Source: an uncultured virus (IMG/VR IMGVR_UViG_3300033074_000309) (taxonomy: Duplodnaviria; Heunggongvirae; Uroviricota; Caudoviricetes). From it: a DNA stretch of 64,000 nt. A model generated the notes under the pieces. The model did not search any database, had not been told where the DNA came from, and saw only the letters and a program-made list of their open reading frames with translations. How positions within the stretch are numbered: the first letter of the stretch is position 1; every line of letters starts with the position of its first letter. The stretch lies in IMG/VR virus record IMGVR_UViG_3300033074_000309; one strand, written 5' to 3'. Shown piece by piece: positions 48,569-58,547 of this stretch. Both the position numbers and the translations under genes were made by a program.

Positions 48569-50468
48569 AGAACAAGAAATTCCTTGGGGAGAAATTGGTT
48601 ATATAACATATAAAAGAACTTATGCAAGAAGATTGAATGAAGAAGATTCAAACTCTGATACTGAAGAATTCAAAGATACAGTATTAAGAGAATTAAAAGC
48701 TTGTAAAGATCAATTGAATATAAATTTTACTGAAGAGGAAAAACAAAATTATATTACAACAAGAATGTCTTTGAAATGGTCTGTTGCTGGAAGATTTATG
48801 TGGCAATTAGGTACTAAAACAGTTGATAAATTAGGATTACCTAGTTTACAAAATTGTGCATTTGTTACAATAGATTCTCCAATTAGACCTTTTACATGGG
48901 CTTTTGAAATGCTTATGTTAGGAGCAGGTGTTGGTTATAATATACAAAAAGAACATGTATATCAAATACCAAAAGTACATTCAAACAAAATAAAAATACA
49001 AAGATTAGATGAAAAAGATGCCGATTATATTGTTCCAGATTCAAGAGAAGGATGGGTTAAACTTTTAGGTAAAGTTTTAAAATCTCATTTTTATAGTGGA
49101 GAAGGATTTTCTTTTAGTACTCAATTAATTAGAACTAAAGGAGCTCCAATTAAAGGTTTTGGAGGATTAGCATCAGGCCCAGAAGAATTGTGCGGGGGAA
49201 TAGAAGAAATATCAAAGCTTTTAAATAATCGTTCTGGTCAAAAATTAAGACCTATTGATTGTTTAGATATAATGAATATTATAGGATATATAGTAGTATC
49301 TGGTAATGTTAGAAGATCTGCTCAAATTGCTATAGGTGATTATGATGATTTAGAATTTTTAAAAGCAAAAAGATGGGATTTAGGTAATATCCCTAATTGG
49401 AGAGCTATGAGTAACAATTCAGTTGCTTGTAATGAAATATCAAAATTACCAAGTGAATTTTGGGATACATATAATGAAGGTGAACCATATGGGTTAATAA
49501 ATTTAGAATTATCTCGTAAAGTAGGTAGAACTGGTGATACAAGATATCCAGATCCTAATGTTATGGGTTTTAATCCTTGTGCAGAGCAATCATTAAATAA
49601 TTTTGAAACGTGTTGTTTAAGTGAAGTATATTTACCAAATATAACTTCATATGAAGAATTATTAAGTATTTTAAGATTAACGTATCGAGTAAATAAACAT
49701 AGTCTTGCTTTAAAATGTAGTTTAAAAGAAACTGAACATATAGTAAATACTAATATGAGAATGGGTATTGGTATGACAGGTATATTACAAGCTACTGAAG
49801 AACAAAGAAGTTGGTTAAAAACTGCTTATGATTATATAAGAGCTTATGATAAAGAATATTCATATCATATGAAATGGCCTATTAGTATAAAAATAACAAC
49901 TTGTAAACCTTCTGGTACATTGAGTTTATTACCAGGAGTTACACCAGGTGTTCATCCAAATCCTGCAGGACCTTATTATATACGTAGAATTAGAATTTCA
50001 ACAAATTCACCATTGATACATGTATGTAAATTACATGGTTATCATATTGAACCTCAAATTAATTTTGATGGTTCTGAAGATAAAAGTACAATGGTTGTAG
50101 AATTCCCATGTAAAGTTCCAGAAGGAACTCCTATTGCTTCTGACTATAGTTGGAAAGAACAATTAGAAATGGTTAGAAGAATTCAAGCTGAATGGTCAGA
50201 TAATTCAGTTAGCTGTACGGTATATTATAAAAAAGAAGATTTAAACGATATTAAACAATATTTAAACGAAAATTATAAAGATAATTTTAAAACATTATCT
50301 TTTTTATTATATCATGGACATGGTTTTAAACAAGCTCCATATGAAACAATAAGTAAAGAAAAATATGAAGAGTTAGTTGTAAAAACTAAACCTATTACTT
50401 CTGTACAAGTAAGTGAATCAGATTTTGAAATTACAGACTGTGATAATGGAAGTTGTCCAATAAAATAA
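48561..50468 (+). CDS. nrdJ: Class II (adenosylcobalamin-dependent) ribonucleotide reductase
   Basis: YKRTYAR, NC, G.GVG, DSREGW, VVSGNVRRSA, NPCAEQ, KPSGT.S, W.DNSVSCT, C-terminal CDNGSCPIK. Confidence 0.92.
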   Translation: MNKEQEIPWGEIGYITYKRTYARRLNEEDSNSDTEEFKDTVLRELKACKDQLNINFTEEEKQNYITTRMSLKWSVAGRFMWQLGTKTVDKLGLPSLQNCAFVTIDSPIRPFTWAFEMLMLGAGVGYNIQKEHVYQIPKVHSNKIKIQRLDEKDADYIVPDSREGWVKLLGKVLKSHFYSGEGFSFSTQLIRTKGAPIKGFGGLASGPEELCGGIEEISKLLNNRSGQKLRPIDCLDIMNIIGYIVVSGNVRRSAQIAIGDYDDLEFLKAKRWDLGNIPNWRAMSNNSVACNEISKLPSEFWDTYNEGEPYGLINLELSRKVGRTGDTRYPDPNVMGFNPCAEQSLNNFETCCLSEVYLPNITSYEELLSILRLTYRVNKHSLALKCSLKETEHIVNTNMRMGIGMTGILQATEEQRSWLKTAYDYIRAYDKEYSYHMKWPISIKITTCKPSGTLSLLPGVTPGVHPNPAGPYYIRRIRISTNSPLIHVCKLHGYHIEPQINFDGSEDKSTMVVEFPCKVPEGTPIASDYSWKEQLEMVRRIQAEWSDNSVSCTVYYKKEDLNDIKQYLNENYKDNFKTLSFLLYHGHGFKQAPYETISKEKYEELVVKTKPITSVQVSESDFEITDCDNGSCPIK

Positions 50469-50485
50469 TTATTTATATAATATAA

Positions 50486-50938
50486 ATGACAAATATAGGA
50501 GTAAAATTTGATTTTGATAAATTAAATAGACCTGCTACTGCTGAAGAATATAAGGGTGATGAGAAATCATCCCCTTGTGCTTCACATGATAAGGAAACTG
50601 AAATTGCTGTAGCTAAAGAAAGATTAGAAACAGTTAAGAGTAAAGCAGGTTTAAAATATGACAACGGTAAAACAAGATATGATTTATATCCTTTAGATGC
50701 TTATAAAGGTTGTGCAGATGTATTAACATTTGGTGCAGCTAAATATACACCTAATGGTTGGAAATCAGTTCCTGATGGTAAGAATAGATATTATGCAGCA
50801 ATGATTAGACATCTTAATGAACAATTAGAATATGCTCAAAATGGTGGTATAGGTTTATGTTTAGATAAAGAAAGTGGTTTACCTACTTTAGATCATGCTC
50901 AATGTTGCTTAGTATTTTTAAGGGAAATCAGTAAATAA
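50486..50938 (+). CDS. dATP/dGTP diphosphohydrolase-like protein (DUF5664)
   Basis: G.KYD.GK.RYDL.P, VL.FGA.KY....W, Y.A..RH, D.ESGLP...HA. Confidence 0.8.
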   Translation: MTNIGVKFDFDKLNRPATAEEYKGDEKSSPCASHDKETEIAVAKERLETVKSKAGLKYDNGKTRYDLYPLDAYKGCADVLTFGAAKYTPNGWKSVPDGKNRYYAAMIRHLNEQLEYAQNGGIGLCLDKESGLPTLDHAQCCLVFLREISK

Positions 50939-51005
50939 AACAAAATAATGACAAAAAAACAACAACAATTTGTTTTATAAATAATAAATGATTATCTTTG
51001 TATTT

Positions 51006-51716
51006 ATGAAAAACATAGATAAAGCATTTATATATACAATAATTAATACTATCAATAATAAAATTTATGTTGGTAGTACAACCAGACAACTTTGGGCTAG
51101 AAAATCTAGTCATTACAATTCATTAAGAAATAATAAACATTGTAATATATATTTACAAAGAGCTTTTAATAAATATGGTGAAGAAAATTTTATATTTGAA
51201 CTATTAGAAGAAACAAATAAAGAATTTTGTTTATCACAAGAATTATATTGGATAAATACTTTGAATGTGACTAATAGAAAATTTGGATATAATATTTTAT
51301 CTAATCCAGGAAATGGTAGGAGAAATATAAAACATACTCAAGAAACTAAAGATAAGATTTCAGAAAAACATTTAGGTAAAAAATTATCAAAAGAAATTAG
51401 AGATAATATGAAAATTGCTGCTAAGTTAAGATATATTAAATATGGTAATAAAGCAATGGATTCAAGACCAAGTGATGAAAGAATTAGAAATATGATTCTT
51501 GGAAGAATGGTTAAAGTTTCTAAATATGATATAAATAATATATTTATAGAAGAATATGATTCTATTACAAAAGCTTCTTTAGAAAATAATAATATTAATA
51601 TTGGAAATATATCTAAATGTTGTAATAATAAAAGGAAAACTGCTGGTAAATTTAAATGGAAATTTAATGAAACTAAACAAGAAACAACAACAAGTATACA
51701 ATTGGTTATTAAGTAA
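51006..51716 (+). CDS. GIY-YIG/NUMOD homing endonuclease
   Basis: FIY.I.N.IN.KIYVGST; HTQETK.KIS; NUMOD1-like C-terminus. Confidence 0.88.
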   Translation: MKNIDKAFIYTIINTINNKIYVGSTTRQLWARKSSHYNSLRNNKHCNIYLQRAFNKYGEENFIFELLEETNKEFCLSQELYWINTLNVTNRKFGYNILSNPGNGRRNIKHTQETKDKISEKHLGKKLSKEIRDNMKIAAKLRYIKYGNKAMDSRPSDERIRNMILGRMVKVSKYDINNIFIEEYDSITKASLENNNINIGNISKCCNNKRKTAGKFKWKFNETKQETTTSIQLVIK

Positions 51717-52596
51717 ACCAGGTTATTTAAAAAAAGGTGCTGTAGAAGTATCTTTTAACCAGAAATTTACTAATAACATTACAGATGTAGATATAGCTTT
51801 AAAACAAGCTAGAATTGATTATAAGAAGCTTTCAGTTAAATCTGAATTAGTAACACCAGTTATTGAGAAAAGTGTTAAAATACCTTCTAATGCAACTTCT
51901 GTTAATATTATAAAATCAAATTGGTATGATATCAATAATGTTTTATGTATTGCAGATACACATGAACCTTTCTGTAAAGAAGGTTACTTAGAACATTGTA
52001 AAGAAGTTAAAGAAAAATATCACTGTGGTACAGTTGTACATTTAGGGGATGAAGTAGATTTATGTGCAATATCTCAATGGGAAAAAGATCCTGATGGCTT
52101 TAGTGCAGGAACAGAAGCTGAATTAGCTCAATTAGCAATGGAAAAATGGTATAAAGCATTTCCAAATACATTTGTTTGTATTGGAAATCATACTGCTAGA
52201 CCATTTAGATTAGCTAGAACAGCTGGCTTACCTAAAAAGTTTTTAAAAACTTATGAAGAAGCTTGGAATGCACCAAAAGGTTGGAAATGGTCTGAACATT
52301 GGGAATTTAATGGTACATTATATACTCATGGAACAGGAATGTCTGGTGAAAAAGCAGCTATTACTTTAGCTACTAGATATCGACAAAATGTAGTTTTAGG
52401 ACATATTCATAGTTCAGCAGGTATTCAATATAATGCTAGTAAAATAGATTTAGTTTGGGGAATGCAATTAGGGGGAGCAATTGATGATAAATCTTATGCT
52501 GCAGCTTATGCTAAAGATCAACTTAAGAAATCTATTGTTGGATGTGGGGTAGTTTTAAATGGTAAATTACCAGTTTATGAACCAATGATTTTATAA
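51667..52596 (+). CDS. Metallophosphoesterase
   Basis: DTH, GDEVD, GNH, HG, GHIH motifs. Confidence 0.85.
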   Translation: MKLNKKQQQVYNWLLSKPGYLKKGAVEVSFNQKFTNNITDVDIALKQARIDYKKLSVKSELVTPVIEKSVKIPSNATSVNIIKSNWYDINNVLCIADTHEPFCKEGYLEHCKEVKEKYHCGTVVHLGDEVDLCAISQWEKDPDGFSAGTEAELAQLAMEKWYKAFPNTFVCIGNHTARPFRLARTAGLPKKFLKTYEEAWNAPKGWKWSEHWEFNGTLYTHGTGMSGEKAAITLATRYRQNVVLGHIHSSAGIQYNASKIDLVWGMQLGGAIDDKSYAAAYAKDQLKKSIVGCGVVLNGKLPVYEPMIL

Positions 52597-52931
52597 TGGA
52601 AGAATTACTAGAAGAATTAGAAAATTATACTGAATGGATGGAAACTACTGAAGGTGATGAAGTAGAATGTATTTCTATTGAAAATCTAAAAAGTATTCTA
52701 AAAAAGTATAAAGTAGAACTAATTAAATAAACAAAATAAGAGTTACTATAGAATGGTTAAATACTAACAATTAAAATATAATAGTTAATAATTTAAATTT
52801 TTACACCCATATTTATAGTAACTCTTTATCCTGTACCCTTGTATATATTAAATTATAGAAACTCGGATAGGTTCAGCAGGATAATCTCAAAATAAAAGGG
52901 TTTAAATATGAGATTTTTAAAAATAAATAAA

Positions 52932-53126
52932 ATGGATAGACAAGAAGGATATTATTGGGTTAAATTTGGTGATGGTTATACTATTGCTCAATTTACAATT
53001 ACGTAAAAAATGTCAGGTAAAAGTTCAACATGGAGTTTATTTTGTGATGATAATGCTTATACAGATGAAGATTTTGAACACATTAATGAAGTAAGAATTA
53101 AAGAACCTGGGGAGTTACCTGATTAA
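52932..53126 (+). pseudogene. Small gene with an in-frame TAA (53004-53006)
   Basis: MDRQEGYYWVK...FTIT*KMSGK...DEDFEHINEVRIKEP reads as one protein across the stop. Confidence 0.45.
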
Positions 53127-53129
53127 ATT

Positions 53130-53687
53130 ATGAGTCAAGTTAGATTTATAGGATGCTTACATTTTGGACATAAAAGTATAGCACAATACAGAGGTTTTCA
53201 GGATGAATATTATCATGATGAACATTTAGTTGATTATTGGAATAGAACTGTACATAAGAAAGATTTAACCTATATATTAGGTGATATTACTATGGAAAAG
53301 TCTAATGATTATTATCAATTAGATAGATTAGCTGGTAGAAAAATAGTTGTACTTGGTAATCACGATAAATGGCAAGATGTACCTCATTTGTTAAAATATG
53401 TAGATGGTGTAGCAGGTATGGTTGATTATAAAGGTTTTGCGTTAACACATGCTCCCATACATCCAAATGAAGCACATTTCTACAGAGGTAATATACATGC
53501 TCATATTCATCATATGAATAAATTAGAAGAAGTAATTACTAATAATAGTTACTTAGATAAAGATTCTAAACCCGAATCTACATTACATAAATATTTTTGT
53601 GTAGATGCAAAATTAATAGATTTTAAACCTAAAACAATAGAAGAATTATTAGATGCAAGTAAAAATAAAAATAATTTTGGTTTTTAA
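53130..53687 (+). CDS. Calcineurin-like phosphoesterase
   Basis: LHFGH, WN..V...D..YILGD, GNHD, TH.P, NIH.H.H. Confidence 0.85.
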   Translation: MSQVRFIGCLHFGHKSIAQYRGFQDEYYHDEHLVDYWNRTVHKKDLTYILGDITMEKSNDYYQLDRLAGRKIVVLGNHDKWQDVPHLLKYVDGVAGMVDYKGFALTHAPIHPNEAHFYRGNIHAHIHHMNKLEEVITNNSYLDKDSKPESTLHKYFCVDAKLIDFKPKTIEELLDASKNKNNFGF

Positions 53688-53726
53688 TTAAATTGTTTGT
53701 ATTTTTGTATTATTAAATAATACACT

Positions 53727-54374
53727 ATGTACAAATTATATATTTTATATTCAACAAAAGATTTTAAAATTAGATATGTTGGAATTACATCTAAGCTCTT
53801 AAAAGTAAGATTAAATGAACATTTAAAAAATTATAAAAAATTAAAAACCCATAAAGAAAAATGGATAAATAATTCTCTACTTAATAATTATGAAATAAGA
53901 ATTAAACAAGTTTCATTTAAAACAAATAAATCAGAAATTAAAGAATCTGAAATTAATTTAATTACATTATTAAGAAATAAAAATTATAATTTAACAAATG
54001 CTACATATGGAGGAGATGGTTTATTAAATCCTTCTTCTGAAGTTAGACTTAAAATGTCTAAAGCTAGAAAATTATATAAATGGAAAGATGAAAGTAGAAT
54101 AAAACTTTCTAATTTGAAATTAGGTAAACCATCACCAACTAAAGGTTTAGTTTGGAAAATAGAATCTAGATTAAAGTTATCAAATAGTAAAAAAGGAAAA
54201 CCTTCTAATAATCAAAAAATTGTATTTGAATATAATTTAGAAGGAGTTTTTATTAAAAAGTGGAACAATATAACAGAAGCTGCTAAATATTATGATATTG
54301 TAGTAAGTAGTATAACTAATAATTTAAAAGGATTAAGTAAAACTTGTAATAAATCTATATGGAAATATGAATAA
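53727..54374 (+). CDS. GIY-YIG homing endonuclease
   Basis: LY.L......IRYVG.T....RL.EH, E...I, LTN.T.GGDG. Confidence 0.85.
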   Translation: MYKLYILYSTKDFKIRYVGITSKLLKVRLNEHLKNYKKLKTHKEKWINNSLLNNYEIRIKQVSFKTNKSEIKESEINLITLLRNKNYNLTNATYGGDGLLNPSSEVRLKMSKARKLYKWKDESRIKLSNLKLGKPSPTKGLVWKIESRLKLSNSKKGKPSNNQKIVFEYNLEGVFIKKWNNITEAAKYYDIVVSSITNNLKGLSKTCNKSIWKYE

Positions 54375-55080
54375 CAACTTAAATATAAAAATAAAGAAAT
54401 TAAATGATGCTGCTGTAATTCCTACAAGGGGTACAGAACATTCAGCAGGAATGGATTTAACTGCTGTAAGTAAGGAAGTAGTAGATAATGATAAACATGG
54501 TTATGTAAACTATGGTACAGGATTAGCATTTGCTATACCTGAAGGACATGTTGGTCTATTATTTCCTAGAAGTTCAATAAGTAAAACAGGTTTAATCTTA
54601 AGTAATTCTGTAGGAGTAATAGACTCTAAAAATAATCGGAGTCTTTAAATCGGATAAATTGCTGGAAAACCCTGAAGAGGACAATCAGCAGCCTATCACT
54701 ACTTTAAATGAGTAGTGCGGGTTCAACGACTAGATATTGAAACTATAAATTAAGGACTTTAATTGTCCTTTTTTTATTTATAGAATATAATATATCCATG
54801 AACATCCGACACTGTGAAGTGATGATATAGTCTGAACTATAGATATAACAATATGAAACTATAGAACTATGGGATAAAGAGCCTATAGGTTAACAAATTG
54901 GATTACAGAGGAGAAGTTACTATGAGATTTAAACATATTAAAGATACTGATGATTATAATGTAGGTGATAGAATAGGACAATTAATTATTGTACCTTATC
55001 CTCAAGTTACATTTGAAGAAGTATCTGAATTAGATGAAACAGTTAGGGGGACTGGTGGGTACGGTAGTACGGGGTCATGA
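54367..55080 (+). CDS. dut: dUTPase; spliced, exons 54367-54627 and 54901-55080 (146 aa)
   Basis: AGMDL, PRSS, GVIDS|DYRGE, RIGQL, RG.GGYGSTG. Confidence 0.93.
54628..54900 (+). mobile_element. Group I intron (no ORF, 273 nt)
   Basis: P1 AGACTCT/GGAGTCT; P10 TAATC/GATTA; TTGCTGGAA/AATCAGCAG core; GTTCAACGACTA/ATATAGTC; terminal G. Confidence 0.92.
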
Positions 55081-55151
55081 TTATTTTCCAGTAAAATATT
55101 TTGATAAGTTAAATAATTTATGTATATTTGTATAAAATATATAAATAAATT

Positions 55152-55742
55152 ATGGAAATTAAAAAAGGAACTGAAATTGGAAATTGGAAAGTATTAACTG
55201 ATAAATATAAAAAAGATAATATATTCTGGAATGATTGTGAATGTATATGTGGTAACAAAAGAGCTGTTAGAACTTGGTGGTTAAATAACAACAATTCTAA
55301 AAGTTGTGGTTGTACAAACATTAAAGGTAGATTTAAAGCTAAATGTATAGGAGATTTATCATTATCTTATTATGGAAGTTTTAAATATGGTAGAAAAGTT
55401 AAGGGTATAGAATTTTCTGAAGATATTACCATGGAATATTTATGGGATTTATTCTTAAAACAAGATAAAAAATGTGCAATTAGTGGTATACCTTTACAAT
55501 TAAATCCAAGATGGTCAAAACAAAATAAAGGACAATATACAGAGATTATTCAAAATGCTTCTGTAGATAGAATAAATTCTAAAATAGGATATGTCTTAGA
55601 TAATGTACAATGGGTACATAAAGATATTAATATGATGAAAGGTTCTTTATCAGAATTAGATTTTATATCTTTTTGTAAACAAGTATATTTAAATAATCAA
55701 AATATTGAAACCAATGAAGATTTCAATCAAAAATTAAACTAG
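55152..55742 (+). CDS. Free-standing HNH endonuclease
   Basis: C.C.CG..SKSCGC; Q..KCAISG; ASVDRI.S..GY...NVQWVHK.IN.MK. Confidence 0.87.
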   Translation: MEIKKGTEIGNWKVLTDKYKKDNIFWNDCECICGNKRAVRTWWLNNNNSKSCGCTNIKGRFKAKCIGDLSLSYYGSFKYGRKVKGIEFSEDITMEYLWDLFLKQDKKCAISGIPLQLNPRWSKQNKGQYTEIIQNASVDRINSKIGYVLDNVQWVHKDINMMKGSLSELDFISFCKQVYLNNQNIETNEDFNQKLN

Positions 55743-55783
55743 AGAAATTAAACAAAAATAAAAATAAAAAAACAAAAAACAGT

Positions 55784-56671
55784 ATGCAAAGTTATATTAT
55801 TACAGGTTTCAGAAGAAACAGAGGTGGAGCAATTTTTGAATTGCAAGTTACAGGAACTAAATCAGGAGGTTATTCAAATGGTGATACTCATTACAGATTA
55901 AATGATTTTATTTGTAATCGTGATTTTACAATTAATTCAGTAATGCGTGTTACAGGTACAATACCTAATACTAATGGTAGATTACAAGGTGAAATATTTA
56001 CTGTTGGTAGTCGTGTTACTAGAATAGCTGGTAGATTAGTTGGTGGATTTATTATTAAACAAGGTAATTGTTATGCTACAGTTTATTCAGAAAATAATAC
56101 TGATTCTACAGAAGAAATCTTAATTACAGAATTAAGAACTTATGTAGCACCAGCACCTAGAACTAGAAATACTAATTTACCACCAGCAACTAATGCTACA
56201 CCAGCTACTCCTACATTAACAAATACAAATGCTAGATTTTTACAAGTAGAATCAGATATTTTAAGTAGAAATATTAGACCTATTAGATTAGAACGTTTAT
56301 TAAAACGTCGTACAGAAACTTTACAAAGATTTTTAGAACGTTTCTTCCAAGATTGGAATAAAGACAGAAATACAATCTATGCAGATGATAGTTCTGTACA
56401 AACTGAAATGGGTCGTCGTAGATCATTAGGAGATATTTACATGATTTGTAAGTATTATTATCCTACATGTACACTAAATGAAGTGTTAAATCTACTTTAT
56501 AATGTTTTACCTACATCAATGCCTGATGGATTTAGAACATCTTATTGTAATACTATTCTTAAACGTGTATGGTATTTTGATGAAGATCAAGCTACAAATC
56601 AACTAGATAAAACTAGAAATGATGAGTTTGGTAACAACTATCAGTTTTATTTAACTAATATAAATCAATAG
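55784..56671 (+). CDS. Hypothetical protein (GRRRS..DIY.ICK domain)
   Basis: C-terminal domain shared with the next gene. Confidence 0.6.
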   Translation: MQSYIITGFRRNRGGAIFELQVTGTKSGGYSNGDTHYRLNDFICNRDFTINSVMRVTGTIPNTNGRLQGEIFTVGSRVTRIAGRLVGGFIIKQGNCYATVYSENNTDSTEEILITELRTYVAPAPRTRNTNLPPATNATPATPTLTNTNARFLQVESDILSRNIRPIRLERLLKRRTETLQRFLERFFQDWNKDRNTIYADDSSVQTEMGRRRSLGDIYMICKYYYPTCTLNEVLNLLYNVLPTSMPDGFRTSYCNTILKRVWYFDEDQATNQLDKTRNDEFGNNYQFYLTNINQ

Positions 56672-56673
56672 TT

Positions 56674-57327
56674 ATGATAGTAAAATATAAATTAACAAAT
56701 TTTAATTTTAAGTTTTTAGATAACATTAGTGACTTTGGTAAACCTGATTCTTTATTTGAAGTATTTACTAATAATATAATTATATTATTAGCATCTTTAA
56801 TAATTTTTATATTTACTATAATAATGTTTATACCTTTTAATATAAGTTTATTATTTGAATATGTATATGTTAAATTTAATGGCTCTCTTGGTAAAAAATA
56901 TACATTAAAAGTTATTAATAAATATTATAATGATTTAATACCTAAAAGTAAATTTTATTATTTAAAAGGTTATACACATAGTAATGATTCATTAGAAACT
57001 TTTATATATAAATTTATAACACTATATAAAGATCACTATCCCACTATTGAAGTAGGAAATGATGAATATATATGTGGTACAGGTAGACGAAGGTCTGCTC
57101 ATGATATATATTTAATATGTAAAAACTATTATGAAGGTATTACTATTGATGATGTATTAAAAATATTAGTAAATCTTAGAAATACTAATCAAATTAGAGG
57201 TTCTTACTGTACTACTATTTGTAAATATGTATATCATATCAGTAGTAATTATAGAGATGATAATGATAATACAGAATATAGTAATGGTATAAAATTTAAA
57301 GATTTAATAAACGCACATAAAGAATAA
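56674..57327 (+). CDS. Membrane-anchored paralogue (GRRRS..DIY.ICK domain)
   Basis: Hydrophobic segment IIILLASLIIFIFTIIMFI plus the shared domain. Confidence 0.6.
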   Translation: MIVKYKLTNFNFKFLDNISDFGKPDSLFEVFTNNIIILLASLIIFIFTIIMFIPFNISLLFEYVYVKFNGSLGKKYTLKVINKYYNDLIPKSKFYYLKGYTHSNDSLETFIYKFITLYKDHYPTIEVGNDEYICGTGRRRSAHDIYLICKNYYEGITIDDVLKILVNLRNTNQIRGSYCTTICKYVYHISSNYRDDNDNTEYSNGIKFKDLINAHKE

Positions 57328-57330
57328 ACA

Positions 57331-57684
57331 ATGTCAAATATCTTAATACAACCAGATGCTACTGGTAGACACTTCAATATAAATGTTTCAAATTTAACAA
57401 TAGCATATATGTATCCATCACCAACTGGTGATTGTCAAACATATAGTGTTAGTAATGTAGATCAAATTTTAGTTAAAGAAAATGCTTTAGATATATTTAA
57501 AGCTGTTCATACTAAAGTTATGAAGAAACAATTATTAATGAATGTTAGAGAAGATCAAAACGCTTACAAACAATTGAAAGAAATGTTTAAAGGAGATATA
57601 ATTATTGAACAACCATATACTAGTACTAGAGATAGTTCTATGTGTATGTTTTTAGTAAATACAAGAAAATTAATAACAACATAA
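57331..57684 (+). CDS. Hypothetical protein (PTG.CQ family)
   Basis: Shares motifs with the next gene. Confidence 0.55.
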   Translation: MSNILIQPDATGRHFNINVSNLTIAYMYPSPTGDCQTYSVSNVDQILVKENALDIFKAVHTKVMKKQLLMNVREDQNAYKQLKEMFKGDIIIEQPYTSTRDSSMCMFLVNTRKLITT

Positions 57685-58256
57685 TGAGTACATCAACAGT
57701 AAAAACAGTTAAACGTGGTCCAGGTAGACCTAAAAAGAGTGAATATGATGCTAATGGTAATTTAATACCTAAAGTAGTAGCAGTAAAAGCAGTTCCTGTA
57801 GTTAAAAAAGAAAAGTTAACATTACCTATTGTTACTAGAATGGGTTTAGCTTTACAAGCATCAAGATCACATGTTGGTACACCAAATCGTACAGTATTTA
57901 ATCTTGGTTCATCAATACAAGCACCTACAGGTAATTGTCAATTAGCTTCTATTCAATATTTTAATCAAACTTTAAGATTTGTTAATACAACAGAAGAATT
58001 AATTCATGTATTAAAATGTTTTTCATTAATATCTAGTAAAAAAATACAGTTTTTAGATTTAAATTATATTGAAGCAAATAAACTTAGAAAGTTATTAAAA
58101 GACACAGACATAATTATGATTGATGAACCATATATTTCTACAAATAATAGTAGAATGGCTATATTTTTAGTTAAAGTATATGGTGGTAAATTTGGTTCTG
58201 AAATAGATTATGATTACATGAACAAAATGAAGAAAATCCAAGACAAACAAGTATAA
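57684..58256 (+). CDS. AT-hook plus PTG.CQ-family protein
   Basis: KRGPGRPKK; coupled TAATG start at 57684. Confidence 0.55.
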   Translation: MSTSTVKTVKRGPGRPKKSEYDANGNLIPKVVAVKAVPVVKKEKLTLPIVTRMGLALQASRSHVGTPNRTVFNLGSSIQAPTGNCQLASIQYFNQTLRFVNTTEELIHVLKCFSLISSKKIQFLDLNYIEANKLRKLLKDTDIIMIDEPYISTNNSRMAIFLVKVYGGKFGSEIDYDYMNKMKKIQDKQV

Positions 58257-58282
58257 CAAAATAACAAACAAACAAAAGTAGT

Positions 58283-58495
58283 ATGAAAAACAAAACAACA
58301 AACAAATCAACAACAAGTAACATTACAACTAACACACCAAAGTACAAAACAACTAATGGTATTCAAAAATTACCTAATGGTAGTTATAGAGTGCGTAAAA
58401 CAATCAATGGTGTTAAATATTCTGGTAGTTTCACTAAACGTGGAAAAGCAGTAGAGTTTTTAACATTAGTTGTTACAGCTAGTAAAACAGCGTAA
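58283..58495 (+). CDS. Small AP2/Arm-like DNA-binding protein
   Basis: GI.K..NGSYRVR..ING.KY..SF.....A. Confidence 0.5.
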   Translation: MKNKTTNKSTTSNITTNTPKYKTTNGIQKLPNGSYRVRKTINGVKYSGSFTKRGKAVEFLTLVVTASKTA

Positions 58496-58503
58496 TAATT
58501 ATT

Positions 58504-58533
58504 AAGGCTGGGGAATTAACCTCAGCCTTTTTT
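58504..58533 (+). terminator. Rho-independent terminator
   Basis: AAGGCTGGGG-AATTAA-CCTCAGCCTT followed by TTTT. Confidence 0.7.
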
Positions 58534-58547
58534 AAAACAATTAAAGA

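Noticed and set aside
50486..50938. Z-base or 7-deazaguanine DNA modification pathway suggested by DUF5664
   Set aside because: No purZ, dpdA, folE or que genes in the window; this domain alone is not sufficient evidence.
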